Shown: positions 47,900 through 61,229, numbered from the whole stretch's first letter. The stretch: DNA of 63,263 nt, filler included, from Octopus bimaculoides (GCF_001194135.2; 5 parts of 5 records of this genome joined end to end with filler, not necessarily neighbours in it); one strand, 5' to 3'. Notes: generated by a model not told the origin, from the sequence alone. Translations and numbers: made by a program.

Positions 47900-50226
47900 A
47901 ACTTACAACGTAGAAAAAATGAAATTGGAACATTTGGAAGAAGGTACAGTTGACCGGTAATTAACCAGATTAAATATCTAGCCCGAAGCACGAGATTTGC
48001 AACTATTGAANNNNNNNNNNGTTGACCGGTAATTAACCAGATTAAATATCTAGCCCGAAGCACGAGATTTGCAACTATTGAAGCAAGGTTCGAGTCAGTA
48101 GAGAAGGCTCAAAAGTTTTCGACTCAAACCTTGCAAAGTGGAAACATTATGTTATTCCCTCTATATCTGGGACACAGAACATCCCAGATAAAGATAAAAA
48201 ATATCCCCCCAGGGGTAGAGGTCATGTGGATCATGGCCACTCTCTTGTTTGAGAGGAAAGACAAGATGAATATAATCCAGATTTCCAGAGACACTCCACA
48301 AAACTGGCTGGGTCAAACTCTGGAAATCCTGGCACAGCCCACTACCATCAACCTAGAAAACCTCCCCGAGGTAATTCAAATTGGGGAGGAAACCATTCTT
48401 GCAGTACATGTAGAGGGGAGACAACCCAGGTGTTTCAAGTGCGGAAAAAAGGGACACCTGTGGTCTAAGTGCCCCCCTTCGAAAAAAGATGACGAAGAAG
48501 AAAGAGTCCCCGAAGAGGATGAGCAAAAAGAAGAAGCAGCACCCCCCAGCCAAGGAGACTGTTACTCAGAGGGCGACTGCCACCAATAAAGACAACACTG
48601 AGGGAAAGGAACCAGCAGAGATCACAGCGACACCATCTGAGGATGACATGGATTATCAGACAGTGTTGCATAAAAGAACCAAAATAATGGAGTCGCCTAC
48701 CAAAACTCAGGAGGTGGCTCCTAAAACTAAAATAATTAAAAAAAAAACAACAGGAAAAAAAGAAAAGAAGAAAGGAAAAAAATTAAAATTAGGAAAAATC
48801 AAAATCCCCAAGAAAATTGACACCATTACAGTGGTATATAAAAACAATAAAAAATACTTAGAAGGGGTTATCAAACCCCACCAACAAAGCCTAACCTATA
48901 CCAACAGTGACAATAAAAGTCCAATCACAATCGGGAGAATTTTCTGAAAACTGTACACAGAGCTAAAAAGGAAGAAACCCCAAAGATATTGTAGAACTGA
49001 GAGAGTTGCCAAAAGTATTTAACCCGCCAACGGAACCAAGCCTGGAAGAGAGGAGGTGGGAGGGGGAACAGATCTCAGTGATACTGAGAACAATCCCCTC
49101 AAAAAATGAAAGAGCAGGTAAGCTCTACTTTCCTTCTTTTTCGTTTTATGACATGGCTACACTGTGTGTAGGTTGTTTGAATGTGCGTGGCCTGAGCTCG
49201 AAGAGGAAGCAGGCTTGTTTCCTCAACGACCTCAGATCACATAGAATGTATGTTATGTTTGCTACAGAGACCAAGTTGGACAAGCTGCAGGCCTTCTCAA
49301 CTCTCCTGAATGGCTATTAGAAAGTCATGTCTCCTAGTCGGACGGTGGGGGGCGGGGGGCGCGTTGTATTGTTGCTCCAGAAAAACTTGGCTCTGCAGAC
49401 ACATATGATCTTTGTGGACCCAGAAGGTGAGTTGGTCATTCTGGATCTAACATTCAGAGGTAAGGCCTTCAGGTTGATTGGCATTTACATGCCTGGCATG
49501 ACAGGCAGACAGAATGATTTCTTTCGACACCTAGAGAATTTTCTTGTGATGTCAAAGACACTAGTTATGTTAGGAGACTTTAATGCTATTCTGGATGCAT
49601 ACCAGAATAGCGTAGGCTCGAACGATAGGAGATGTAACTCATGCCTCATCAATCTGCTGAAGCGATTTAGGCTGGCAGATCAATACAGACTTGATAATCC
49701 GAGCATTCCAATGTGGGCTTGGAGTAATAACAATGGATTAATCAGGTCTCATATAGATAGGACAACAGTTAATTCTAGAGATAAGTCTAGTTTTAGTTGT
49801 CCACAATTTACCTATGTACCCTACATGGATCACAAATTAGTGATGTGTAGGATGCATATAGATAAAGTCCAAAGACAGGGGGTCTGGTTACTGGAAGCCC
49901 TATTGGCTTGCGAAACTTACCGTAGTCGGATTAAGGAGTTAGTAATGAAGCCACTAACTAGCACTGTGTTAAATAACCAGTGGTGGTGTACCCTCAAACA
50001 AGCCATTCGACTTGAGTCTATTAGATTTAGCAAACAGTTAAGTCTAGAACAGGATAGAGTAGAAGAGAATTTAGTTAAGGCATTAGAAGAGGTGCTGAGA
50101 GTGGGCTCTGCATCCCAAGTTTTGGCAGCAAGATCGACCTTGGACCGACACCTCAATGCCAAACATGAAGGATGCAGAGTTCAGGCAAAATTACATGCAC
50201 TGGGTCATGAGAGTATTGCCAGTTAG
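47900..50226 (+). mobile_element. L1/Tx1-like LINE 5' half: ORF1 with zinc knuckle and ORF2 APE endonuclease; disrupted and 3'-truncated
   Basis: ORF1 CFKCGKKGHLWSKC; ORF2 CLNVRGL, ETKL, LGDFNAILD, SHIDR, MDHKLV; stop near 49320. Confidence 0.88.
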
Positions 50227-50912
50227 GCTTGCTTGGTAGAAACCCAATGTAGCATAGATGCTGTGAGATGTTTTTGTTTTCACTCATCTAGGCTTAAATA
50301 CCCGAATATCAGCTCCACAAGCATTTTCGTTCCAGCAGCTCACATGACCTCATGATTAAATGAACCTGTTGTTTGTATTGGTCAGTTTCCAGCTGTCCAA
50401 TCATGTTGGTGCAACAGTTCATTTTTCCTTACATGGGAAATTAATCACCAGCTCCTGGGAGCCTACCATTCTCTATATGAACGGCAGTTCTTAACTACTC
50501 TAGGTCTTTGGCACATGACACTGACCACACACAGCTCATTTTCGGCAACGATGTATCTGGCACCAGCTAGTCTCTGCTTTCATCTACACCAGACACCTGC
50601 CTACATCATTGCTGTATGAAGACTACACAACCAACAGACCAATGGCTGCCTCTACACACCACCATACAGTACACCAACTATGTCTATTTGCCTAACCACA
50701 AAGAACTCTCACACGTAATTGTTGTAACCTGTTATATTATTTTATTTCATGTATGGCAATCATTGTATTTTGTAACAGAGAATAAATCGTCACTTACCAG
50801 TTCTTTTCATCTTGAGTCATATATCCATTTTCACATTTACCTCATTTCACATACTCGTTACAGAAGTAGAGAAAGAAATCGGAAGCAGGGTTTAACAGAT
50901 TCAAAAACTGCA

Positions 50913-51030
50913 AACAAAAGTGAACATTTTAAAGAATCCAATAACAAAAGTGAACATTCAAAAGAACTGACAACAAAGGTGAACATGAAAGAAAAGAAAT
51001 TAACAACAAGGGTGAACATTGAAAGAAACA
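50913..51030. repeat. ~30-bp tandem repeat, 4 copies
   Basis: AACAA(A/G)(A/G)GTGAACAT..AAAGAA units. Confidence 0.75.
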
Positions 51031-51270
51031 CTACTTAAAGCTAGGGTAAATGTAACCAGAATGAACAAGTACAGAAACTGTAAACAGAAATAGGAATGGT
51101 TATAAGTGAGCTNNNNNNNNNNNNNNNNNNNNNNNNNNNNNNNNNNNNNNNNNNNNNNNNNNNNNNNNNNNNNNNNNNNNNNNNNNNNNNNNNNNNNNNN
51201 NNNNNNNNNNNNNNNNNNNNNNNNNNNNNNNNNNNNNNNNNNNNNNNNNNNNNNNNNNNNNNNNNNNNNN

Positions 51271-51640
51271 GACAGAGTATGTGATGTGAAATGTACAGAA
51301 ACTGAAAAACTGTGCACATAAATGATAGAGAATGTAATGTGGAATGTACAACGACTGAAAAACTGTACATGTAAGTGATAATATAATGTGGAATGTACAG
51401 CAACAAAAGAACAGTACACATAAGTGACAGTATGTAATGTGGAGTGTACAGGGATTGAAACTGTACACATAATTATGTGATGTTGAGGATACAGGCACTG
51501 AAACTACAGATATTTGATGGAGTTGGTAATATTGAGTGTACAGTGAGTGAAACTGTACACATAAGTGACAGGGTGTAATGCAGTGTGTACAGGGATTGAA
51601 ACTGTACACAAAGTGACAATGTATAATGTTGAGTGCACTG
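51271..51640. repeat. Diverged ~49-bp minisatellite, about 7-8 copies
   Basis: Approximate consensus ATGTAATGTGGAGTGTACAGGGATTGAAACTGTACACATAAGTGACAG. Confidence 0.8.
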
Positions 51641-52096
51641 TGATTAAGGAATCAGACAACTGTTTTCTAAAGACTAAAAATCTTTATAATGAAGCCAAAA
51701 CAAATAAATCAAAGTTTAAAAAATTAATGGTTGTGAGAAGGGGAAGTGAACAAATCAAATATCTTTGCTATTACATCAGTTAAGTTTTTACGACAGCATA
51801 TAGATAAAAACTATCAAATGGAATATAACACTGCATGTTATTTGCCCAGCCTTCAACGTTTCGTTAACTATAATGCACAGAATAACAGAGCCAAGTGATC
51901 TTTTCACATTTAGACATTTAGAGGCACAACATGAATATTAATTTCCAAGGCTGTCAAACACATAAAGAACCTATTTCAAAAGTGGAATTCAAAGAAATAA
52001 AAAAAAAAAAAACATTTTGATGTTTTTGTTTGTTCTTTTCTTTTCTTACAATGAATAAACCACATTTCCAGCTCCAGCTTAAAAACAAGGTTTCAG

Positions 52097-52173
52097 TTAC
52101 AGACGTGGTGTGCCCAAGTGCATATGTTGAGATAGTTGCTGTCGAAGTATACTGTCATTCAAAAATATGTCAT
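52097..52173 (-). CDS. Candidate stop-containing exon (DIFLNDSILRQQLSQHMHLGTPRL*)
   Basis: Acceptor ttttataaaatAG; only the phase-1 frame extends; strong donor GTAAGA 47 nt after the stop. Confidence 0.28.
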
Positions 52174-52830
52174 CTATTTTATAAAACAAAGCCTCAATAC
52201 TTTTTTTTATTAAAAGCCATGTTATTCTCACTGGACAAATTTTTAAAAATCACATTGCTCTTGAATAACTAGCAATAAATTCAGCTCTCTCTCTCTCTAT
52301 GTATATTTTATAAGCCATTGTAGCAGAAAAACATAATCTAATTTGTGACACATGTAAAATTATCTTTCTTACACTTCTATTTCTTCCTCTTTCTCTTGTA
52401 ATGCTTAGTTAATTTGGAATTATATTCTCTAATTAAAATATGGTACAAATTATAGTAGTGATGAAAAACAGTAGTTTTCTAATAAATAACCCACTTATTT
52501 TCATGTACAACTTTTCTTCTAACTTCACAAGGTTACAAATAAGCAAAAAGGAACAAATTTTACTTCAAGTTTCAATATGATGTGATGTTAGTTATAAACA
52601 TTTGTAACCCTGGCTTAGACATCTATTTTATAGAATTTAAAAAATTATCACATAAGCCTACAAATCAAGTTATTTTTAGCAATATGTCACAGACATACTT
52701 TAACTAACCTAAAGTTTGTTTATGTCTAAATACTGCTTGGTGCTGATACTGCTAAATTTCTCCCGACCTGGCAGCACAATAGCACTACTCAGTCGATGTT
52801 GTTGATTGTGTTTCAGTTAAAGCTACAGCT

Positions 52831-53058
52831 TTAACCCTTTCATTAATGTATTTATTTTTAGATGCTCTGTGTTTCTTTCAATTACTCTAGATATAACAAA
52901 GAATTTAGTAAAATAACTAAGTTATCATTCAGCTAGTGTTAAGAACATAAATTGTGACTAAGGTTTGATGGAAGATTTTAATTCAAAACTTATGAAAACA
53001 AGACATTTGTACTCAGAACCAGAACTGGTTTCCACCGGGTTGGTAACAAAAGGGTTAA
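52831..53058. mobile_element. piggyBac-type MITE
   Basis: TTAA at both ends with CCCTTT...AAAGGG termini. Confidence 0.8.
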
Positions 53059-54630
53059 ATTTTCCCAGTTTCCGTACCAGGAATATAGCATCAGTGGTGC
53101 TTCTACCTGGCACAAAACCAAACTGCATCTCATCTAAGCAGACTCTCTCCCTAATTGGTTGAGCTATGACCCTCTCCGTAACCTTCATCACCTGATCCAG
53201 CAGTTTGATACCCTTGTAGTTATTTCTATCTATAGTATCACCTTTACCCTTGTAGCAGTTGACTATGGTGCTGCTACGTCAGTCATTGGGTATGAATCCA
53301 TCATGAACTACCTGGTTTACAATACGAGTGACTAGGCCATAGCCCACGCCACCAGATGCTTTAAGCATCTCAGTAGTGATTCCTGATGGGCTGGGGGCTT
53401 CTCCTGGGTTCATACCCTTAATTGCTTTATCTACCAGGGTGCTGTCTATTTGGATAGCTGGTCCCTCTACTGGGTCAACATTTGGAAGGCTCTCCTCCTC
53501 CCATTCATTCTCCACGTTCAGCAGTCTTTCATAATGGCTTCTCCAAGCCTCTTTCTTTTCCAAATCATTAAAAGCAAGTGTACCATCATCCATGCGGGCA
53601 CATTTCTCTCCTGTGACATCACATTTTTTTTTCTCACACACTGTCTTGCAATCCGAAATATTTCAGTTCTTTGGTCCTCACGTCACTGGACATTGGCAAA
53701 CTTCCTCTTTTCTGCTTCACCTTTGGCTATGTATACCTGTTGCCCAGCCTCCCTTCTGGCTATCTGGTACAGTTCCCTGCTACCCCCACCCTTCTGGGCT
53801 TTCCAGGCCTGTTTCTTTGCTCTAATGGCTGGGTTTGCCGTATTATTCCACCACCATGTTACTCTAGGTCTGGAAAGGACTTTGCACCATCTGCAGACTT
53901 GGTCTGTGGCACTCAGTAAGCTGTCCTGTAGGAAATTCCAGCTACCTTCTATGTCAGAAGTCTGTAGCTCCTCCTCCCTCTCATCAAATTTCGTGATGAT
54001 GATGTCCCTAAATCTCTGGCCATGTGAAGGATTCTTTAGCTTCCAAATCCTTCTTTTCTGGATTGGTTTGCTTCTTGGCNNNNNNNNNNNNNNNNNNNNN
54101 NNNNNNNNNNNNNNNNNNNNNNNNNNNNNNNNNNNNNNNNNNNNNNNNNNNNNNNNNNNNNNNNNNNNNNNNNNNNNNNNNNNNNNNNNNNNNNNNNNNN
54201 NNNNNNNNNNNNNNNNNNNNNNNNNNNNNNNNNNNNNNNNNNNNNNNNNNNNNNNNNNNNNNCCGATCTCACAGAACTCCAGTAGCCTCGTTCCCTCATC
54301 TTTTTGGGAACCAATACCATGGCCCTTGTGTACACCAGTGAAGATATCAGATTGCCGCCCAACATGCCCATTAAAATCCCCATCCGCAAAGATGAGGTCA
54401 TTGCCACACATCTTTGAGGTAGCCTGTAGAAGGGTATCATAAAAATGGCCTGCTTGTGGGGCATAGGCAGATATAATTGTAGCTGTGCTGTTCTGCAGGA
54501 CTAGCCTGAGCTTAAGCACTCTATCACATACCCTGACAACCTCTATGACCTTATCCACCCATTTCTCTACAAGGAGTATGCCCACACCCCCTACTCCATC
54601 CATGCTGCAAGAATATTTTATGTTTAAGAG
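53059..54630 (-). mobile_element. RTE-clade LINE fragment (APE endonuclease and early RT), disrupted
   Basis: GVGGVGILL, ISAYAPQ, GDFNGHVG, GTRLLEFC, MQFGFVPGRSTTDAIFLVR. Confidence 0.92.
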
Positions 54631-55535
54631 ATATTTTTTCAAGATAAATATCACAGTTTAGAAAGCTTTCAGCAATAAATATACTTTAACTATGATATAT
54701 AAAACACTAATTTGAAGTAATACTACTTCCGCTGCAAATAACAAATAAGTAATTTTTTTCTTTTTTTTTTTTTTCTGTTTTGCAAAATATATTTTAAATC
54801 TGTGATTGGAACTAAAATATGTCTCATTACAATAACTATGAATAATTTCTAAAATCAATCTTATATTTCAAATTTAAAATAAAGTTTTGGCTTAATAAAA
54901 TTTTCTTTCCAAATGCTTTAATAAATTACTTTGATGGTGTTGTTTAAAATAAGTGACTAAACGAAGCAGAATTAAGAAATTTAATCAATCACCTATTGTA
55001 GAATGGAATTGGGTCATCACTGAAAGATTTAATTTCATGTAACAAGTCAATCTAGCAGCACCCATTCTTCTCCAAAGACGTGCATACAGTTAATTAACAG
55101 AGAGCAACAGAATGCATTTTTTTCCTTTTTTATATATTTATTTATTTATATATTTTCTTAATTTTATGAGGAATAAAGCTGAGAAAACTGGAATAAAACA
55201 GTAGTGAGTTCACCCTGGATATTTGCATTGGGTGTCAACTGGTAAAAAGAAAAAGAATTAGACCATAAAATCACTCTGCTTGGCCTCACCTTTACAATTA
55301 AAAAAAATAGAAGTTTTTATGATTTTATTACAAANNNNNNNNNNNNNNNNNNNNNNNNNNNNNNNNNNNNNNNNNNNNTTAATTAATTAANNNNNNNNNN
55401 NNNNNNNNNNNNNNNNNNNNNNNNNNNNNNNNNNTCTATGTTTAGCCCCTTGTGGGCAATAAAGAAATAACACACATATATATGATATGCATATAATATT
55501 GTACAATAATATAAAAAATAGAAGCACAACTCAGT

Positions 55536-55573
<38 letters not shown>

Positions 55574-56303
55574 CATGTATGACGCATGTATGCTTGAATG
55601 AATGCTTATAGACTGAACAAGAGAAATAATTCTTGGGGCCCTTTGACGGTAACGACGATTATGATGCTATACGAAATTATCATCACCACCACCACCACTA
55701 CCACCACCACCACTACCACCACCACCACTACCACCATCATCATCATCATCATCATCACAATCATCGCTAATAAACGGAAGTATACGTAGGTAGGAAGGAA
55801 GGAGATGCATTAACGAATGTTATTGATATATTTATCAATAATTAACGACCTTTTAAATACTCATTACCTCATCATATTCTTTACCTCCCACCTTTCACAG
55901 CACAGCCCACCAGTTTTACAAGTTCACAAATATCCTTCTCAAATACCACTCCGAAACACTACTAAATATATGTATATGTTTGTCAATGTTCTTAGAGGTA
56001 TTTCTTCCAGTTCTTTCCTTTTACGTTTCAAATTCTGTCGCAATTGACTTTGCATTTTATACCTTCAGAATCAATAGGTACCAGCTCAGCACTCGTGTCG
56101 AGGTAAAAAGCATTGTGAACTTTGTGCTAAAATTGAATGTTTGTGCGAGTGTTTATGTGAGTGTGAGTGTTTGTGTGTGTGTGTGTGTGTGTGCGTGTGT
56201 GTGTGTGTGTGTGTGCGAGTGAGCGTGCGTGCGTGCGTGCGAGTGTGTGTATGAGTGGAGGTACGTGTGTGTATGTGTGTGTATATGTGCGTTTGTGTAT
56301 ATA

Positions 56304-56440
56304 TACGAGGTGGGTGCTTGAAAGTTCCTAGCTTTCTGTACATCACGAAAGGTTTGCATGGAGGCCTACTCTTCCGACTTCTTTTACAGACCGCTGCAAT
56401 AAATGTGTGAACCTTAGAGGACAATATGAGGAATAAAATC
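56304..56440. mobile_element. Mariner-derived MITE end (cut by gap)
   Basis: TA + CGAGGTGGGTGCTTGAAAGTTCC terminus; CGCTGCAATAAATGTGTGAACCTTAGAGGACAATATG resembles a mariner transposase C-terminus. Confidence 0.6.
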
Positions 56441-57596
56441 NNNNNNNNNNNNNNNNNNNNNNNNNNNNNNNNNNNNNNNNNNNNNNNNNNNNNNNNNNNN
56501 NNNNNNNNNNNNNNNNNNNNNNNNNNNNNNNNNNNNNNNNNNNNNNNNNNNNNNNNNNNNNNNNNNNNNNNNNNNNNNNNNNNNNNNNNNNNNNNNNNNN
56601 NNNNNNNNNNNNNNNNNNNNNNNNNNNNNNNNNNNNNNNNNNNNNNNNNNNNNNNNNNNNNNNNNNNNNNNNNNNNNNNNNNNNNNNNNNNNNNNNNNNN
56701 NNNNNNNNNNNNNNNNNNNNNNNNNNNNNNNNNNNNNNNNNNNNNNNNNNNNNNNNNNNNNNNNNNNNNNNNNNNNNNNNNNNNNNNNNNNNNNNNNNNN
56801 NNNNNNNNNNNNNNNNNNNNNNNNNNNNNNNNNNNNNNNNNNNNNNNNNNNNNNNNNNNNNNNNNNNNNTATATATATATATATATGCTGCTATGTAAGT
56901 ATGAAAGTTTGTTCCCTTTCATGTGTATCATATACATTCTAAGCCTGGCCATCCCGCCTTTTACTCAGACAAAGCGTAGTGGTTAGTGCCCCTCCTTTTT
57001 AAATATCATCAGTTATAATTAGAGGAAGATTTGATTGTTATTTTTAGCAAATCTAACTACACGTTATAGTCTGTCTGCTCTTGTGTTTTCTTTCTTTTTC
57101 CGTTACTTGGTTGATTGATTGACGTTGGTGTAGTGGAGTAGCAGAAGTTCCATTGGTTTATTTGCCGTTCGGCTGGCTGGCTGACTGACTGGCTAACTGG
57201 ACGGTCGGTCGATCGGTCGGTTTGGATTGGGAGGTAATGGACTATGGTTGTCGGTGTGAGGTGTATGGCCAAGGTTCTCAAGGAAGTTCTTCAACACATT
57301 TGATTCATTTAATTAGTGTACTGACATTTTCTCAGTAGATATATGGCTGCTTCTTACAGACATAGCAGCCGCAATTAACCACTGTTTTCTTCTACCTCTT
57401 CCTCTATTCCTACCAAACATTTCTCTCATCAACTTGTTTCCTATGACGTTATTAGACACGTCAACATACACCCCTGTACGCTCCCTAGCCGCGCACGCAC
57501 ACACAAGTTAACACACATGCACGCATACACACTTGCACATACATTCTCACATACACACACCACTGCACATACACACAAAGAAACAGAATTATACAG

Positions 57597-57633
<37 letters not shown>

Positions 57634-58261
57634 AACACACATATATACATATAAATTTATTTATACATACACATCTATATTTATAAATATTTGTACATAT
57701 ACACATAATCTATATATACATATATAAATACATATATATGTACATATATGTATATATATGAGTACATATATATAAATATATATATATATATANNNNNNNN
57801 NNNNNNNNNNNNNNNNNNNNNNNNNNNNNNNNNNNNNNNNNNNNNNNNNNNNNNNNNNNNNNNNNNNNNNNNNNNNNNNNNNNNNNNNNNNNNNNNNNNN
57901 NNNNNNNNNNNNNNNNNNNNNNNNNNNNNNNNNNNNNNNNNNNNNNNNNNNNNNNNNNNNNNNNNNNNNNNNNNNNNNNNNNNNNNNNNNNNNNNNNNNN
58001 NNNNNNNNNNNNNNNNNNNNNNNNNNNNNNNNNNNNNNNNNNNNNNNNNNNNNNNNNNNNNNNNNNNNNNNNNNNNNNNNNNNNNNNNNNNNNNNNNNNN
58101 NNNNNNNNNNNNNNNNNNNNNNNNNNNNNNNNNNNNNNNNNNNNNNNNNNNNNNNNNNNNNNNNNNNNNACATACATACTCATAGTCATGTATACAGTGC
58201 CACTAATTATTTGGTTATTCTTCTTGCTGGTGTTGCTGATGTTGATTATCGTGTTGATGAC

Positions 58262-58263
58262 AC

Positions 58264-58317
<54 letters not shown>

Positions 58318-58722
58318 TATCATCATCATCGTATCCATCATCATTACCATCAGCATCGTCATCATCATCATCGTAATTATCATTTCTAAGAGCAGCATCT
58401 CCAACATCACCATCATTATCACCACTATCAATGCTATAACCAACTTCATCACCGTTATCCTCATCATCATCCCAATCATCATTATCATCATCGTCGTTGT
58501 CGTCGTCGCCCTCATCATCATCATCACCATCATCACCATCATCATCATCATCGTCGTCGTCACCGTCAATACCACCATAAAAGCCATTAAATACTCCTCC
58601 ATCATCCCTATCCTTACCATTACAATAATTCCCATCATCAACATCGTTGCCACAGTTACCTTCACAACCATCCCCATCATCCCCATCTTCCCCACCACCA
58701 TCTCCACAGTACAGCTATCATT

Positions 58723-58779
<57 letters not shown>

Positions 58780-59100
58780 ATGATGGCGATGACGATGATG
58801 ATAGCGATGATGTTGATAATGATGAAGATGAGGATGAGGATTATAAGGACGCCGATGATGATGTCGACAACAATGACAGTGTCAGCGATGATGATGATTA
58901 TGATAGCGGTGACGACGATGATGATGTTGATGATGACGATAATGAATGATGATGATAACAATGCCATCATTGCCATCCCCATCATTTTCACCTTTGTCAT
59001 CACCGTCATTGTAATCATCATTGTCATTGTCATCAACATCATCATCATCCCCATAATCATCATCATCATCATCATCATCACCATCATCAGCAGCAGCAGC
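58262..59100. repeat. Compound (CAT)n/(GTA)n/(GAT)n trinucleotide region
   Basis: Visible directly. Confidence 0.95.
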
Positions 59101-59449
59101 TGAAGCAGCAACATTGTCCAGTTGAAATACATTAGGACATATTAATGACATCTCTCAGATATAAAATATCGATTTCTTAACAAAAGGTCTCCTTTTCTCT
59201 TTCAAACGCCGTACATCAAGTTTCCGGGTCCATCTTACGTTCATCTCGTTCATTTAATATAAAGAACAATTAGCAAAAGTTCTTCCTTAATGAATGTTCC
59301 TCTCACAGAGCAATGTATATAGATTTGAAACACTTAGTGTCTAGTTCTACTTGGTGTATCTTTTCTCAATATACTGGCTCTTTATTGGTCTACCCTGTGT
59401 ACATTTTACTTTGATAAACCCGACTGTTTTGGCATATCCATCTATCTAT

Positions 59450-59521
<72 letters not shown>

Positions 59522-59700
59522 AATAATAAATGAGTATATGCATATATATACGTACAAGTATGTGCATACCTGCATCTACCTGTATATATAGGTGCATATC
59601 TGGGTACAGGACGTTGCAAACAAAACGTAGACAAAAAAAATAATAATAACCACAGTACAGAAAACACACGGGCCACATAGAGAACATTTTCCTTCATCAG

Positions 59701-59784
59701 CTGCCACCATTCTAACACAGGCGTTTCGAAGAGTTAGGGCAGGACACATCGTTAAAATGGCTCTTCCCACGGACCACAAATTAA
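59701..59784 (+). CDS. Candidate 84-nt symmetric exon (ATILTQAFRRVRAGHIVKMALPTDHKL)
   Basis: Strong acceptor attttccttcatcAG, open protein-like frame; weak donor GTTTAT. Confidence 0.3.
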
Positions 59785-60144
59785 GTTTATATATGTGTGT
59801 GTGTGTGTGTGTATTTATATATATTTTTATACCAAAAATTAGGCAAAAATATTGTATCTGTTAACGAACGTAGCTAAATACTCACAAGTGAGTTTTTATA
59901 TTTATATTGATTTAAATGAGAGCTCAAAACTGATCCATTGATAATACTTTATTATAATAATGAAAATGACCTATGAACATTTCGATGCAATATCCAGATT
60001 GATTCATGCATATTATAAAATATGGGATACTGCATTTCCTCGGGGCCTTATTATTAGTAGCAGGCAGACAATAAAAGTAGATAACATTCATATACAACAT
60101 TCATAGTTGACCTATGAAAACATGCAAAAAAACAAGTTGAAAAG

Positions 60145-60210
60145 ACATGAGATGTTATACAACCGTACATGAGATGTTATACAACCGTACATGAGATGTT
60201 ATACAACCGT
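60145..60210. repeat. Perfect 22-bp triplication
   Basis: ACATGAGATGTTATACAACCGT x3. Confidence 0.95.
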
Positions 60211-61055
60211 ATTTTGAAAAATAATAATTTTAGTGCTTACAATATTGTCACATAGACTAAGTAGTTTAGATGCCTCTATAGGCAATCTCATACTATTTTA
60301 CTATGTTATAATGCGTAATTTNNNNNNNNNNNNNNNNNNNNNNNNNNNNNNNNNNNNNNNNNNNNTTAATTAATTAANNNNNNNNNNNNNNNNNNNNNNN
60401 NNNNNNNNNNNNNNNNNNNNNTATATATATATATACACACAGACACACAAACACTCACATACGATCAAGAACACACACACACATACACACAAATATGCAT
60501 TAGTATACCTGTGCCTCTCTTTCACAATATTTTTTTCCTTTTTTTCCTTCAACACCCCCGCCGCTTCCTATTCTCTCCCTTGTTGACTTGCTCTCTCATT
60601 CCCCCTCTCTCTTCTCTCATTCTCTCTCTTTCTCTCACACACACATGTACACATATAAAAACACACATACTCACCTCTCTTTCATTTATACGTTCCCCCT
60701 TCACTTCCTCTCCCTCAAATACAGGCAACACACAAATAATATGTTCGTTATAAGAATGCATAAGAAAAAGAAAACATTGGCGAAAAATACCTTCATCCTT
60801 TGTCTGTCCGCCTCACAAATCGAATGAACCAATGGCCAAAACTCGTCTTCTTATATAAACCAATACATATTACTATTCTTCTTATCTTGTTAATCGTTTT
60901 CATCTCTTCCCATCCCAGTTATGCTCAGAGATGAACCTGAAAAAAAAAAATAATAATAATGTATGTGTATATATATGTGTGTGTATATATATAGATATAT
61001 ATACTCACTCGCATATGTATGTATGCATGTATAATTATATCTAGATTTTCTATAC

Positions 61056-61110
<55 letters not shown>

Positions 61111-61229
61111 TTTTTGCATATATGCACATATATACATATATATATAGTGAGATAGATAGATAGATAGATAGATAAAGACAGACACATAGACAAAGCACCT
61201 GCTCCTTCTACCCCTCCTCCCTTTCTTTC

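Noticed and set aside
57336-57500. Acceptor plus open frame DIWLLLTDIAAAINHCF...
   Set aside because: No convincing donor, and the frame drifts into low-complexity sequence; not enough support.
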